Positions 17,091-27,167 are shown, numbered from the stretch's first letter. The stretch is 64,000 nt of DNA from a virus (IMGVR_UViG_3300021255_000140:39513-103512); one strand, 5' to 3'. Made by a program: numbers and translations. The notes: generated by a model not told the origin, from the letters alone.

Positions 17091-17734
17091 ATAAACAAAT
17101 ACATCTTGAATGCAAGTTCTTCGTACTTTTCGCGCCCTCTGGTGTAAATATCGTCCCCGCGGATTATCTTTTTGAAAAAGACGTTTTTCGTCGTCTTAGA
17201 TACTGCATATATGAAATCTTGATCCGCGCCTGTTATGTCCATATACCATGCTCTTGAGCGGTCCCAATCGACCCAATCTATTTGAGCGACAAACTGCTCG
17301 TATGTCGTAGCCGATGTGGTTTTCAAGTCTCCGCCGAAAGTACCAAGCCACCAGTCATACCGGCAACGCACAGGCAAGTTGAAATCATAGCAACCAACAT
17401 TAAAGTGTTGAGATGCTTTGATAAACGACTTTTGCGTTTCCGCATTTTTGAGTACATAATCAAGAAAAGGGTCACGTTCGGCAGCTTTTCTCAGTTTACC
17501 GAGCTGTTTCTTTCCCCAGTCCCATTCTTCTCGCGTGTATTTTTCCTCGTCGACGATGCGCCTGAAATGATTGCATTTCTTCGGTTCAGTGACAAGAGCA
17601 TCAACGAGCGTCCCAAGATGGAACGCCCGTTTCAGATCTTTTTCGCAGACAAGATTCAACTGTGGATGTAATTTGTACTTAAGAGCCGTCAAATCAGAGT
17701 TAGACACCTCTTTCCTGGAATAATAATCATCCAT
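17087..17734 (-). CDS. RecE/DUF3799-like PD-(D/E)XK exonuclease
   Basis: YYSRKEVSNSDL, GTLVDAL, RCRYDW...DLKTT; near recT. Confidence 0.8.
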   Translation of the reverse strand: MDDYYSRKEVSNSDLTALKYKLHPQLNLVCEKDLKRAFHLGTLVDALVTEPKKCNHFRRIVDEEKYTREEWDWGKKQLGKLRKAAERDPFLDYVLKNAETQKSFIKASQHFNVGCYDFNLPVRCRYDWWLGTFGGDLKTTSATTYEQFVAQIDWVDWDRSRAWYMDITGADQDFIYAVSKTTKNVFFKKIIRGDDIYTRGREKYEELAFKMYLFI

Positions 17735-19143
17735 TATTTTGCAACAACATCTTCGACATACCGTATATTTTCATCGATTATCGAAATATCTTCCTTGTTC
17801 TTTAGTTTCTCGCAAGTTTTCACCATGAACCCCAACTTCTTTTCAAGACTTTCCAGTGTCATTGTGGCTCCTTCATGCGTCCACCACATCTGTATAATAG
17901 CGAGATAACCATTCGGGCTGTCTATCTCAATATGTTGCGTTACTTTTACCTTGTTGGGAGTTGAATTTGCAGGTGTTACGTCAAACAAAGTTCTTGCTTC
18001 TCTTTGAGCTTTCCTTATACGCTCTTCATCGGCACGGCGCTGCTGTTCGTCTAACGCTTTTCTTTCGCGCTCTCTTTGAGCTTCTTCCTCGGCGGCCTTC
18101 AGTTCAGCTTCACGCAGAAGACGCTCCTCTTCTGCTTTCTTCATTTCAATCTCTTTGCGTTTCCGTTCTTCCTCGGCGGCCTTCAGTTCAGCTTCACGCA
18201 GAAGACGCTCCTCTTCGTCCTTTGCCTTTCGCAGTTCTTCTTCTTTGCGTTTCCGTTCTTCCTCGGCACGTTTGGCTTCTTCCTCTTTTCTCTTTCTTTC
18301 CTCTTCAAGTTTTTTCTGCTCTTCAAGTTCTGATATTTTTGAGTCAAAGAGGTCCATTATGTCCCGCTTCACGTTAGAAACACAATTCGAATAGGATTCC
18401 AGAAGTTCCGCAGATACTTCCTTATATGCATCATTCATTATCTTGCGGGCTTCGCTTTCTTCTATCTCATGTGAGAATGACGGTTTCCTATCTGCAAGAT
18501 AGTCTGAAAGTTTTATTTTGTCCGGATATTCCGAGATGGCAGTCTTGACTTTTTGTACGTTGTCAAGAGTCAGAAGGCTAAATGTTCTGTTCAGTTCACT
18601 AACAGCTCCATTTATTTTTTCTGTAACGATTTGATTGCAGATTGATATAACTTCATCGTGCAATTGGTTTTTTGCTGCTTCTATTCTCGCTATCCTAATT
18701 CGCTCTTCTTCGGCTTTCCTCTGCTGTTCAAGTTTATACGCTGCGTATTCATCGCGCCTTTTCTGAAGTTTGTACACAATGCTCTCCTCTGACTTCGGGT
18801 CTATAAGAGTCTCCATTGTGGTAAAACCTTTTTTTACCAAGTCAAACACCTGTGTTACAGCACTGCGCCTTTCCTTCATAGCCTTCTGCGTTGCTTTTGC
18901 TTTTATGATGAAACTGGCTATTTGTGCATCCAGTTCGTCATTCATGTCATCAGCAAGCGACAAAAGGGTTTCTCCCGCGTTAATGCAATTCTGCAGGGAC
19001 TTATTGTTTTCGGATATGGCGTTAGTAATGTCCGTCTTGATAGAAGCGACGTTCTTAGTCACCTCTGCGGACTGTTTCATGATAATCTGTATTTTGTCTT
19101 CCATAAATTCACGAATTAAAAGGGTCATCTTCCGTATCAACAT
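17734..19143 (-). CDS. long coiled-coil protein of the recombination module
   Basis: E/K/R-rich; repeated EEERLLREAELKAAEEE. Confidence 0.7.
   Translation of the reverse strand: MLIRKMTLLIREFMEDKIQIIMKQSAEVTKNVASIKTDITNAISENNKSLQNCINAGETLLSLADDMNDELDAQIASFIIKAKATQKAMKERRSAVTQVFDLVKKGFTTMETLIDPKSEESIVYKLQKRRDEYAAYKLEQQRKAEEERIRIARIEAAKNQLHDEVISICNQIVTEKINGAVSELNRTFSLLTLDNVQKVKTAISEYPDKIKLSDYLADRKPSFSHEIEESEARKIMNDAYKEVSAELLESYSNCVSNVKRDIMDLFDSKISELEEQKKLEEERKRKEEEAKRAEEERKRKEEELRKAKDEEERLLREAELKAAEEERKRKEIEMKKAEEERLLREAELKAAEEEAQRERERKALDEQQRRADEERIRKAQREARTLFDVTPANSTPNKVKVTQHIEIDSPNGYLAIIQMWWTHEGATMTLESLEKKLGFMVKTCEKLKNKEDISIIDENIRYVEDVVAK
18082..18216. repeat. 51-bp direct repeat (84-bp period) within the coiled-coil gene
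   Basis: ttcttcctcggcggccttcagttcagcttcacgcagaagacgctcctcttc at 18082 and 18166. Confidence 0.85.
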
Positions 19144-19990
19144 GCTCTTGATCCGTTGTCTGACTGATTACTTCTTGTTCAAAGTTCTGCTCTGTATCTT
19201 TCTCTGATTCAAATGCACCTCCTGCTCCTATGCGTAGTTTCGGATAGCCCTTGAACGCATGTTTCACGGTTTTTGATTTCAGAAATCCTGTATCGATGTC
19301 AGAGCCATCTTCTAATTTTCCATACAAAGCGTTGGATTTTCCGTAATTAAATTTCTCTGAATACTGCTTTAGGCGGAGTATTTCGTCTGTGTCAAGTACA
19401 AAATAATCTACAGAGCCATCATTTTTTATAATTCTTACATAGCACGCTATGACCTTTGAACCATTAGGACGTGGCAAACATTTTTCCCACACGAGAGTAG
19501 GGCGACCGCCGCTTTCTCCGTATCTAAACGTGTCACAATCATATACAATCTTTGGGGAGTCAACGGACTTGATTTGTCCCGCACGTTGACGGAGAATTAT
19601 TTCTCCGTACCCGGTGATTGTTATTACTGCGCTATTCTGGTATATCGCCTCATTATATCCTCTGGCATTTTTCCTGTTTGGATCTTCACCAATCTTGACA
19701 CGCCGACATTCAAGGTAGCATGTAGTCGTGCTTCCTTTCTCAAGGGAAAGCCCGTTAATCGCCAGGAACATGAATGCAAAATACAAAGACATACTGTCGG
19801 CTTTTTCAAGAAGAGCCTTGTATGAGCCATACATCAGTTCATTTATAAATAGATTCTTCTGCTCCTCAAAAAACGTTTCAGCTTCCTCGCCTCCAAACTT
19901 TTGCGAATAAATCTCTATAAATTTGTCATGCGCGATATTAGGTATCTCCTCATGACTTGAATTTTTAATTTTTTCGAATAAATCAGACAT
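19109..19990 (-). CDS. recT: RecT-family single-strand annealing protein
   Basis: GLSL..., ITGYGEIILRQRAGQIKSVD.P.IVY..D.F, KTVKHAFK; acidic tail DDPF. Confidence 0.8.
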   Translation of the reverse strand: MSDLFEKIKNSSHEEIPNIAHDKFIEIYSQKFGGEEAETFFEEQKNLFINELMYGSYKALLEKADSMSLYFAFMFLAINGLSLEKGSTTTCYLECRRVKIGEDPNRKNARGYNEAIYQNSAVITITGYGEIILRQRAGQIKSVDSPKIVYDCDTFRYGESGGRPTLVWEKCLPRPNGSKVIACYVRIIKNDGSVDYFVLDTDEILRLKQYSEKFNYGKSNALYGKLEDGSDIDTGFLKSKTVKHAFKGYPKLRIGAGGAFESEKDTEQNFEQEVISQTTDQEHVDTEDDPFNS

Positions 19991-20250
19991 ATATTAGTTG
20001 TTTATTTTTTTCATTAAAAAGTGTATGCGTGTTTCACAACAGGCATACACGCATAAATCAATGCATTACCAAACTGATGATGAAAAATATTGATTAAAAA
20101 ATGTTTCTCCGAGTTTCAATCACATAGCCTTGTTTGTGACACTGAGGACATTCAAGGTCTTTTACTTTGCATGAACAAGGTCTTACCGCTATCCATTTAT
20201 TGAAACACCATGAACAAAAAACCTCAGATACTTTGTGTGGCCGATTTTCT

Positions 20251-20511
20251 TCAATGTGTATTGTTCTGCCCATTTGTCTTGAATAAATCTTCCTTGTCAA
20301 CTGTGAGTAGTGTAGGCTGCAACGGGTTGTTGAAAGTAAGCATAGAGTGCCATATTTTTCTTGTGAATAACACTTTTAGCACTTCTTTCCAAGAAAGTTC
20401 CCAACATGTTACTACTGTGCCATCTTCAAAACTTAACGCTGGTAATGGCTTATATTGTGGTTGGTTTTCTCCATAGACCACGTTTTGTTCCTTAAACTCT
20501 ATCGGTTTCAT
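20251..20511 (-). CDS. phage hypothetical protein
   Basis: MKPIEFKEQNVVYGENQPQYKPLPA...CWELSWKE. Confidence 0.65.
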   Translation of the reverse strand: MKPIEFKEQNVVYGENQPQYKPLPALSFEDGTVVTCWELSWKEVLKVLFTRKIWHSMLTFNNPLQPTLLTVDKEDLFKTNGQNNTH

Positions 20512-20514
20512 ATC

Positions 20515-21006
20515 TTACAGATTTTTACGTCGTGCATACTCTGCGATGAGGAGCCCGTCAAAATCGGGATGCTTGAAGTCGGATAGTGCAGGGAATAGTC
20601 GCTTTCCAATATCCTTGCTTGCTTTCTTTTGCTCATCTGCCCCTTTGATGCCTTTTGGTAGCAACATCTTCTGCCAGTCTTTGCTGTCAACATAGCAGTA
20701 TGAACATCCAAAATGTTCTATCAATGTCAATTCGGCCTCAAAACATCGGAGAGCAGACGTTGTTGCTTTGAATCTTGTAGGATTAACCATCGGGCGCTCC
20801 ATAACAACCATGACATCTGCGGGATGAAATCGATTTAATATACTTGCGAATGCTTTAGCGTCAACGCGAGTGATATTGTCTTTTTTCTTTGTATAGTTTT
20901 GCTCTTTCTTGACGGGCGTATGATGTATTTCAGGAAAGACATCATCGCCAACAATGCCTACCGTTCCAGTAACGCCATTGTCAATACCTATGTATATTTT
21001 TGACAT
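20515..21006 (-). CDS. RuvC-like Holliday junction resolvase
   Basis: IYIGIDNG..G, VVMERP, WQK, DGLLIAEY. Confidence 0.8.
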   Translation of the reverse strand: MSKIYIGIDNGVTGTVGIVGDDVFPEIHHTPVKKEQNYTKKKDNITRVDAKAFASILNRFHPADVMVVMERPMVNPTRFKATTSALRCFEAELTLIEHFGCSYCYVDSKDWQKMLLPKGIKGADEQKKASKDIGKRLFPALSDFKHPDFDGLLIAEYARRKNL

Positions 21007-21013
21007 TATGATC

Positions 21014-21433
21014 CTATTTTATAACATCGATAAAATCTGTTTCCTTGATTTGTTTTAGCTCCATATCTTCAAGCCCTTGCGCTATATATTGCTCGGCAAA
21101 CTTGTGCGCCGTTTGAATATCTTTTGCAAAGCACGCAACATGATATTTCTTTTCTTTTTTCTTCCCGTCTTCAGTTAGGAAAGTTGAAACGATTGTAATA
21201 ACAAATACTTTCGCATCATCTGTGCCGGAAGGTTTGCTGTTCGCGATTTCCATCAATCCGCTTCTCTTTATCTTTGTGACTTCAATGTCTTCAAGATGTT
21301 TGAAGGTGTCGTAAAGTTTTTCTTCTACCTCGCGGAACATAAGCAAATCATCAACAAGATAATTTTCTTTCAATTCTTTCCTCTCACCTTTGGCGTTAAT
21401 GCCAGTATAAGCTATTTGTGTTTCAAAAATCAT
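21014..21433 (-). CDS. DUF4494-like Bacteroidetes protein
   Basis: FET.I.Y...KE.YLVD...F.EVE; ends IKET.FIDV. Confidence 0.7.
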   Translation of the reverse strand: MIFETQIAYTGINAKGERKELKENYLVDDLLMFREVEEKLYDTFKHLEDIEVTKIKRSGLMEIANSKPSGTDDAKVFVITIVSTFLTEDGKKKEKKYHVACFAKDIQTAHKFAEQYIAQGLEDMELKQIKETDFIDVIK

Positions 21434-21444
21434 AGTATTTTAGA

Positions 21445-21609
21445 TTATTTTCTTTGCAGTATAAAATTCTCACATTCATATTCCATGCCCATGATTGCCG
21501 CTTTTTCCAAAGCTTTTCTGATGGTAGGCATGTCTGTCGCATCTAAAGAAATTTTTAACTCTTTGATGATGCTATTTGCAATTTCCGAAGATTTGTCAGA
21601 CCAGTTCAT
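21445..21609 (-). CDS. small hypothetical protein (54 aa)
   Basis: Hand translation: MNWSDKSSEIANSIIKELK...AAIMGMEYECENFILQRK*. Confidence 0.5.
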   Translation of the reverse strand: MNWSDKSSEIANSIIKELKISLDATDMPTIRKALEKAAIMGMEYECENFILQRK

Positions 21610-21666
21610 TTTGTTGTAAATAAAAAACCGCGCAATTTCACAACTGGGCGGTTTCTAATCCGTATT

Positions 21667-22539
21667 CTAATCTTTCCTTATTGTTTCATTAATATTTTTC
21701 AGACGTGTCAAAAATATATTGATAAAATATTTCTGTCCTTTTCCTGTAACCTTTGGAGTTATCGTAGTACGCATTACGCCATTTTCGGAATGTGTGCTTT
21801 TCTTGAGTTCGAACAATCCTTGCTCAATATATCTTTGATTTGGTATATTGTAGAACTCGCCGCTTAAACCGAGATAATGTTTACTGCGCATCCACTCGAA
21901 CAATCTGTTTTGTCCTATCTTATAACCATTTTGAGTAATTATCTTTGCCAGTTCACCAATAAGGCAACTTGACTGACTGCCAATTACCGCATCTGCGAAT
22001 ATGACTTTTGGTCTTTGTTCTTCAAGTTCATCAGATTTTCTTTTATTCTCCAGCATCAGGCGTTCGTTCTCCTCAACTTTGCTCGCCAGTTCCCTTAATG
22101 CCGATGCATAATCTTTTGGCAGCACGGCGATGTCACCAGAGGCGACTTTCTTGAACACGGCACGATAAACGTTGAACACTTCCCTTACCTTTCTGGCAAT
22201 AAAATACTCCAGGCATTCAATAGTAAGAAAGTATTCGTTGGTCGGACGTCCACCATAGGGGTTTTGCGGATTTTGCCGTAAAACTTGATAGTCAATATCT
22301 TGTATAAAATTCTTCTGTAACGCTTCAACAGCATCAGACTTTTTCCCGTAGACAAGCATCCAAACTTCATCTAAGTTGATAGGATATTTCTCGTTTACGC
22401 GATAAAGCTCAAGAATGTGCTCAAAATAATGTCTTATCTGCTCTTTTGAACTTTCTTTTGTGATGTGATATGTTTTCTCCATATTACTCATATTTGTGTC
22501 CTGGCAATATCCAACTATTATTACGTGGAATTGTACCAC
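21667..22539 (-). CDS. phage antirepressor (C-terminal KilAC/ANT domain)
   Basis: LPKDYASALRELA, PKVIFADAV, IGELAKII.QNG..IGQNRLFEW, PKVTGKGQ.YF; real start probably MSNME near 22491. Confidence 0.9.
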   Translation of the reverse strand: MVQFHVIIVGYCQDTNMSNMEKTYHITKESSKEQIRHYFEHILELYRVNEKYPINLDEVWMLVYGKKSDAVEALQKNFIQDIDYQVLRQNPQNPYGGRPTNEYFLTIECLEYFIARKVREVFNVYRAVFKKVASGDIAVLPKDYASALRELASKVEENERLMLENKRKSDELEEQRPKVIFADAVIGSQSSCLIGELAKIITQNGYKIGQNRLFEWMRSKHYLGLSGEFYNIPNQRYIEQGLFELKKSTHSENGVMRTTITPKVTGKGQKYFINIFLTRLKNINETIRKD

Positions 22540-22850
22540 CCAGGACTATATTAATGTAGCGGACAGCGCGACCTGTCTCTTTTATAGATGACATACATCA
22601 CTACTAAGTCTCATTATAGATCCTTCAACTTTTCTTCACGGGGATTTCTCCCTTTCAGTATAGGTGGCTTTCTCCCACCAACCATTTTTTCCTACTCTTC
22701 ACCGTATCAGGTTTTCGGCTGACGCAATGGCTACGTCCAGGCTTACGGGTAATACAAACAAGTCCTTCTTGTCAGTTCCCATATCTCGTATGGGAGATAG
22801 TATAAACCAGAATAATGTCCGGTTTCCCTGCTCTATGTCAAAGAACGAAA

Positions 22851-23075
22851 TTAGTGTCTGTTATTATTCAGAAAATCATCAAGGTCGCGCTTTTTGAAAA
22901 TCCAGCGCCCTGCGGGTTTTGTGCATGGTATTATACCATCCGCAATATACGCCTGGAGTGTTCTGAAACATACTCCGATGTATGCCGCCGCCTCTCTGCT
23001 TCTCATATAAATATCTCTATTCATGTTAATGATTTTTGAACAATCTGCGCTTTTTTGCGTATTTATTGTTGTCAA
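22851..23075 (-). CDS. excisionase-like HTH (HTH_17) protein
   Basis: MRSREAAAYIGV...TL...G.IP..K..GRWIFKKRDLD. Confidence 0.75.
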   Translation of the reverse strand: MTTINTQKSADCSKIINMNRDIYMRSREAAAYIGVCFRTLQAYIADGIIPCTKPAGRWIFKKRDLDDFLNNNRH

Positions 23076-23161
23076 TTCTCAAATAATTAGTAATTTTGTT
23101 TCGATATTTCTGTTACACTTCAACTATTTATTCGGATATTAATTGTTTCAATCCGTCAATG

Positions 23162-23169
23162 CAAAATTA
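23162..23169 (-). promoter_or_regulatory. Bacteroidetes -7 promoter for the leftward early operon
   Basis: TAATTTTG(CA) on the minus strand matches TAnnTTTG in the repressor/Xis intergenic region. Confidence 0.55.
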
Positions 23170-23298
23170 TGAATGTTTTTCAAAATAGCAAACAAAAACC
23201 AAAGAAAAAATCTAAAAAGATGATATTTTTAACAAATGTTAACTATTTTAGTGTAGCTGTATATTATTGATGATTATGTATAAATTATTTAAGATTAA

Positions 23299-23988
23299 TT
23301 GATTATGGTAAAAAATGAAACACCTGTGGACAGGATGATGATTTTGAGAAAATGGATGATGAAAAATGTAAAAGGATGCAAGAATAACGATTCGGCCATA
23401 CAACGGATGCTTGGATTGGGAGGAGGATTCTTCGCCACATTAAAAAGACAAAGCAGCACAGACCTACGTGACAGCACTTATGAGAAAATCAAAGAAGCTT
23501 ATCCTGCAGTGAACACGGAATGGATTCGCACCGGAGATGGCAATATGCTCAAAGAACCGATTGTCAGCACGACAAACATAACAGGTGCGCTCCCTTATTT
23601 TGATGTAGACTTCCTCGGCGGCTTTGATGTAATGGCCAATGACCAGACAATGTTCCCTGACTTCTACATTGATTATCCACCGTGCAACAAGAAAGGCGGA
23701 GTATGGTGTAATATTGTCGGAGACAGTATGTCGCCGCGCATTAATAGCGGAGATAAAATCTGTCTGAAAAAACTTGACAGTATTGATGAAATCATATTTG
23801 GAGAAATATATGCCATTATAACCAAAAACGATTTAAGAACAATCAAATGGATCGTGAGGTCCCCGGATGAGAAAAAGATAAGACTCGTCCCAGAAAATAA
23901 AGACCCTCGATATGGAGACTTTCAGGACATCAGGAAAAACGAAATCATTCACGTCTTCAAAGTTGTCGGTTCAATCAGGGCTTTTTGA
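23299..23988 (+). CDS. CI-like repressor (HTH plus S24 peptidase)
   Basis: EWIRTGDGNM, GDSMSPRINSGD, TIK, RLVPEN; divergent from the early operon. Confidence 0.9.
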   Translation: MIMVKNETPVDRMMILRKWMMKNVKGCKNNDSAIQRMLGLGGGFFATLKRQSSTDLRDSTYEKIKEAYPAVNTEWIRTGDGNMLKEPIVSTTNITGALPYFDVDFLGGFDVMANDQTMFPDFYIDYPPCNKKGGVWCNIVGDSMSPRINSGDKICLKKLDSIDEIIFGEIYAIITKNDLRTIKWIVRSPDEKKIRLVPENKDPRYGDFQDIRKNEIIHVFKVVGSIRAF

Positions 23989-24005
23989 TAAAAAGTGTAG
24001 TATAT

Positions 24006-24249
24006 TGTACCAACAGATATGATAACTATTTGAAAACTAATTCCTTTTTTATCCCAACCGGATCACGTTTTTAGGAGTTTTACTATGAATCCGTAAAAAA
24101 CTAAGGCGTTAGTTTTCATTAAGTTACTATATCTTTCCTATTGATTCAGAGTGTTAATTTTGTGTACCACTTTTATACGCAGATGTACGCATTTCTATGC
24201 AATGTAGCGCAAATTTGTTGTACCAAATGTGTACCAAAGGTGTGTACCA
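24006..24249. other. putative attP (core plus arm sites)
   Basis: TGTACCA at 24006, 24163, 24219, 24230 and 24243 flanks ATCCCAACCGGATCAC (24051-24066), which resembles a tRNA 3' end; lies directly upstream of the integrase. Confidence 0.6.
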
Positions 24250-24275
24250 TTTTAGGAATTTAATAGTTTAGCGAA

Positions 24276-25415
24276 ATGAAAATAGCAAAAACAAGAATTG
24301 TCTTTGATAGACACAAGAAGGCGACAAAGAAAACGGCGTCTTTAATTTACATTGAGGTTTCGTATAACCGAATGCGAAATTTTTATAATACAGGTATAAA
24401 GGTCTGCTCAAATCAGTTCAAGGATGGGCATGTTGTAAATCACGGTCAGATGGCCGAATACCAGGAACGTATCAATGGCATAAGAAGCACCATTGAGCAA
24501 TATATCAATGAGAAAATAAAGGACGACGAGGAGTTTTCCCTTGACGGTCTTAAAAATTATATGAATGGGAAAGTACATGGGCAAAAGGACTCTTTTCTGC
24601 GATTCATGTATGGTAGAATATACGAACGTCCGGTGTCCGAAGGAACGAGAAGAACGCATTTATCCATATACAACGTCCTCAAACGATGGGGAAGAATACG
24701 GCAATTCGGTGACATCACCGAGGCAAACATAAAATTATGGGATGACCTTTCTCATAAGAACGCTATAAAAGCAAAGTCTGTATGGGGCTATCATAAAGTG
24801 TTGAAAATATATTGCAAGGAAGCTGTGAGATTCGGCTACATCAAAAGAAACCCTTATGACTATATGAAATTCAAGCGCGACAAATCTCCGGGACATCGGT
24901 TCCTCACAAGTGACGAGATAGAGCTTATAAAAAAGATAAATCTACCAGAAAAAGTCCTGAACGATGCGCGATTGTGTTTCCTCTTTCAGTGTTACACAAG
25001 CCTATCTTATTCGGACTTAAAGAAATTCAATTTCAGCGATGTTAAGATGATAGATGGAAAAATGCGGATGAGAGGACTGAGGACCAAGACAAACGGGATG
25101 TACAACATCACGTTAATAAGACCAGCTGTTGAAATCCTTGAACAATGCGGTTTCAAACTGCCAGTTCAGGATATGCACGTTTATAATCGGAATCTCCAGA
25201 CGATACAATTTAGGGCAGGGATAACGACGCATCTTACCTCTCACATAGGCAGGCATACATTCGCCACGACAATAGCACTGAAGAACAGAATGCCGATTGA
25301 GGTACTCCAAAAGGTACTTGGTCACGAGAGCATCAGGACTACACAGATATATGCGAAAGTTTTGCAAGAAAATGTTGATGCGGAATTTGATAAACTTGAT
25401 GCAATAGACCTATGA
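24276..25415 (+). CDS. int: tyrosine integrase (Bacteroidetes arm/SAM/catalytic type)
   Basis: FLFQCYTSLSYSD, RTKT, SHIGRHTFAT, VLGHESIRTTQIYAK. Confidence 0.95.
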   Translation: MKIAKTRIVFDRHKKATKKTASLIYIEVSYNRMRNFYNTGIKVCSNQFKDGHVVNHGQMAEYQERINGIRSTIEQYINEKIKDDEEFSLDGLKNYMNGKVHGQKDSFLRFMYGRIYERPVSEGTRRTHLSIYNVLKRWGRIRQFGDITEANIKLWDDLSHKNAIKAKSVWGYHKVLKIYCKEAVRFGYIKRNPYDYMKFKRDKSPGHRFLTSDEIELIKKINLPEKVLNDARLCFLFQCYTSLSYSDLKKFNFSDVKMIDGKMRMRGLRTKTNGMYNITLIRPAVEILEQCGFKLPVQDMHVYNRNLQTIQFRAGITTHLTSHIGRHTFATTIALKNRMPIEVLQKVLGHESIRTTQIYAKVLQENVDAEFDKLDAIDL

Positions 25416-25427
25416 TCAACAAACCAG

Positions 25428-25457
25428 AAAGGCAACTCTTAATCGGGTTGCTTTTTT
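25428..25457 (+). terminator. intrinsic terminator after int
   Basis: aaaggcaactc-ttaatc-gggttgctttttt. Confidence 0.7.
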
Positions 25458-25644
25458 AATGTTTACCAAAAGACTAAATTCATAAAATCCTTCGCGCACA
25501 CGCGCGATAACAATAGAGCGAAAGCGATTTCTTTTTCTTTTCTTTATTCTTTTCTTTTTATTTTTCTTTTAATAGGGGTTTGGGGGATTTTTTCTTTTTC
25601 TTTTTCTGTTCTTGTTTCTTTTCGTTTTCTTTTGAGGGGTAAAA

Positions 25645-25903
25645 TAAGGTGTAAAGCTATAATGTTTTATTGACTGATATTCAGTGTAATAAGGTGTAAA
25701 ATAAGGTGTAAAGTGTCTTCTGAAAAAGAGCAAAGTATCAGCGCAATATGACGCACTTATATGTATTAATACGAATTAAGGTGTAAAGTAAGGTGTAAAC
25801 GTCATTTTACATCTAAAAACAACAATGTACTAATTATGAATAGACTACGCTTAATTTAAGGTGTAAAATAAGGTGTAAAATAAGGTGTAAAGTAAGGTGT
25901 AAA
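25645..25903. repeat. iteron-like array, 9 copies of TAAGGTGTAAA (putative replication origin)
   Basis: Copies at 25645, 25690, 25702, 25777, 25789, 25857, 25869, 25881 and 25893; 12-bp period within clusters; T-rich tract at 25530-25633. Confidence 0.8.
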
Positions 25904-25988
25904 CATTACATAGAACATAGCATTAAATAAACGACAAAAAAATGGCAAACTATAAAGTCTGCCATTTAATGTTTTCATGAGTATTATC

Positions 25989-26435
25989 CTAACCAATTTC
26001 CCTGTTTCCCTGTTGTATACTTTTTGAAAATTCTTTATACATTTCCATTGCCATTTCCGTTTCTGAATCTTTTATAACAAGCACGTGGTATTTTTTTTCA
26101 AAGAATGGTGCCCTGCGCAAAGAACGCTCGTATGCTCCTTCGTATGTAGAATTGTCGTTGACATATAACACGACTGCATTTATGTCTGGGATATAAATGT
26201 CAGCAAACTTCCATCTATTGTTTATTTCTATGGGGTATCTCAATTTGTAGCGAACACCGGCATCATGTAGATCCTGGCATATCTTTACAAAGTTTTTAGA
26301 CGCCAGCCTTGCAAGTTTTTCTCTTATATACGGTATTCTGCCGGGAAGGATGCGGTCTTCTCCGGAAATATCAAGTTCTTCTTCAAACTTTGATAAAAAA
26401 GAACGAGCCGTTCTTACTTTTTTTTCTGATTCCAT
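25989..26435 (-). CDS. putative Vsr/DUF559-like endonuclease-fold protein
   Basis: L..AGVRYKLRYPI...KFADIYIPD...V; weak similarity. Confidence 0.5.
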   Translation of the reverse strand: MESEKKVRTARSFLSKFEEELDISGEDRILPGRIPYIREKLARLASKNFVKICQDLHDAGVRYKLRYPIEINNRWKFADIYIPDINAVVLYVNDNSTYEGAYERSLRRAPFFEKKYHVLVIKDSETEMAMEMYKEFSKSIQQGNREIG

Positions 26436-26485
26436 AAAAGATATTAAGTTTATACAAGTTACGGACTTTCAGTTTATTGTACGTG

Positions 26486-26574
26486 CAAAGGTAGCATATA
26501 TCGGTGACATATCAAAAAATAAATTAGAAAAATTGGAAAATAATTTGGTATTTAGATGATATTTTGTAAATTTG
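26486..26574. promoter_or_regulatory. divergent Bacteroidetes promoters
   Basis: TACCTTTG on the minus strand (26486-26493) and TAAATTTG on the plus strand (26567-26574). Confidence 0.55.
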
Positions 26575-26693
26575 CAGCAGAAAATATTGCCGTTCGTGGT
26601 ATTTCGGCATAACGATATTAAAATGGGGCACAAGATGATTTCTCTAAATACCACACTAAAGAGAAGGATTCTTCTGCCCCAATTTTATAAGCG

Positions 26694-26987
26694 ATGGAAA
26701 TTAAGAAAAACGATGTTACGTACATTGTTTCGTTCAAACAGAAAGGAAACACTCAGAGAACACCCGTTGTAGGAGTGTCATGTGACGATGAAATTACAGG
26801 TCTTATCAGAAACATTTTTAAGGGTAGGTTTAGAAAACCCGATGCGCTTTCTTTCAGGGACGGCGTTGCCATACTCATCCGCAAAATAGATTCTGGGGCG
26901 AATAAGAGCAGAATCATAATGAACACACGGGTGTATAATAAATCAGTAAGACAGGCAAGAATTGCTTTCGAAATGGCGATAAGATAA
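26694..26987 (+). CDS. hypothetical protein
   Basis: 97 aa basic ORF downstream of the plus-strand promoter. Confidence 0.5.
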   Translation: MEIKKNDVTYIVSFKQKGNTQRTPVVGVSCDDEITGLIRNIFKGRFRKPDALSFRDGVAILIRKIDSGANKSRIIMNTRVYNKSVRQARIAFEMAIR

Positions 26988-27167
26988 CAATTGTTCATGG
27001 GAGAGAAATACCAGACACCAATTTTCTACTGGTCTCCAACGGAGGGAACAAACCTGCAAGAATTAAAAGTTATAAGTAATCATCAAACATTAGTTGCAGA
27101 TGATTCTATTTTTCCTTTGTGAACAGAAGAAAAAAGATTTTACCCGCAACCTTAAAACTTTAACGCT

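Noticed and set aside
18082-18268. Direct repeats as a second TR/VR pair
   Set aside because: Exact in-frame duplications within a coiled-coil gene, with no adenine-specific mismatches.
22540-22850. Possible structured RNA upstream of the antirepressor
   Set aside because: Only a short hairpin (tcccata/tatggga) could be supported by eye; not enough for a call.
25645-25903. CRISPR array
   Set aside because: Repeats are 11-12 bp, partly abutting, with no regular unique spacers and no cas genes.
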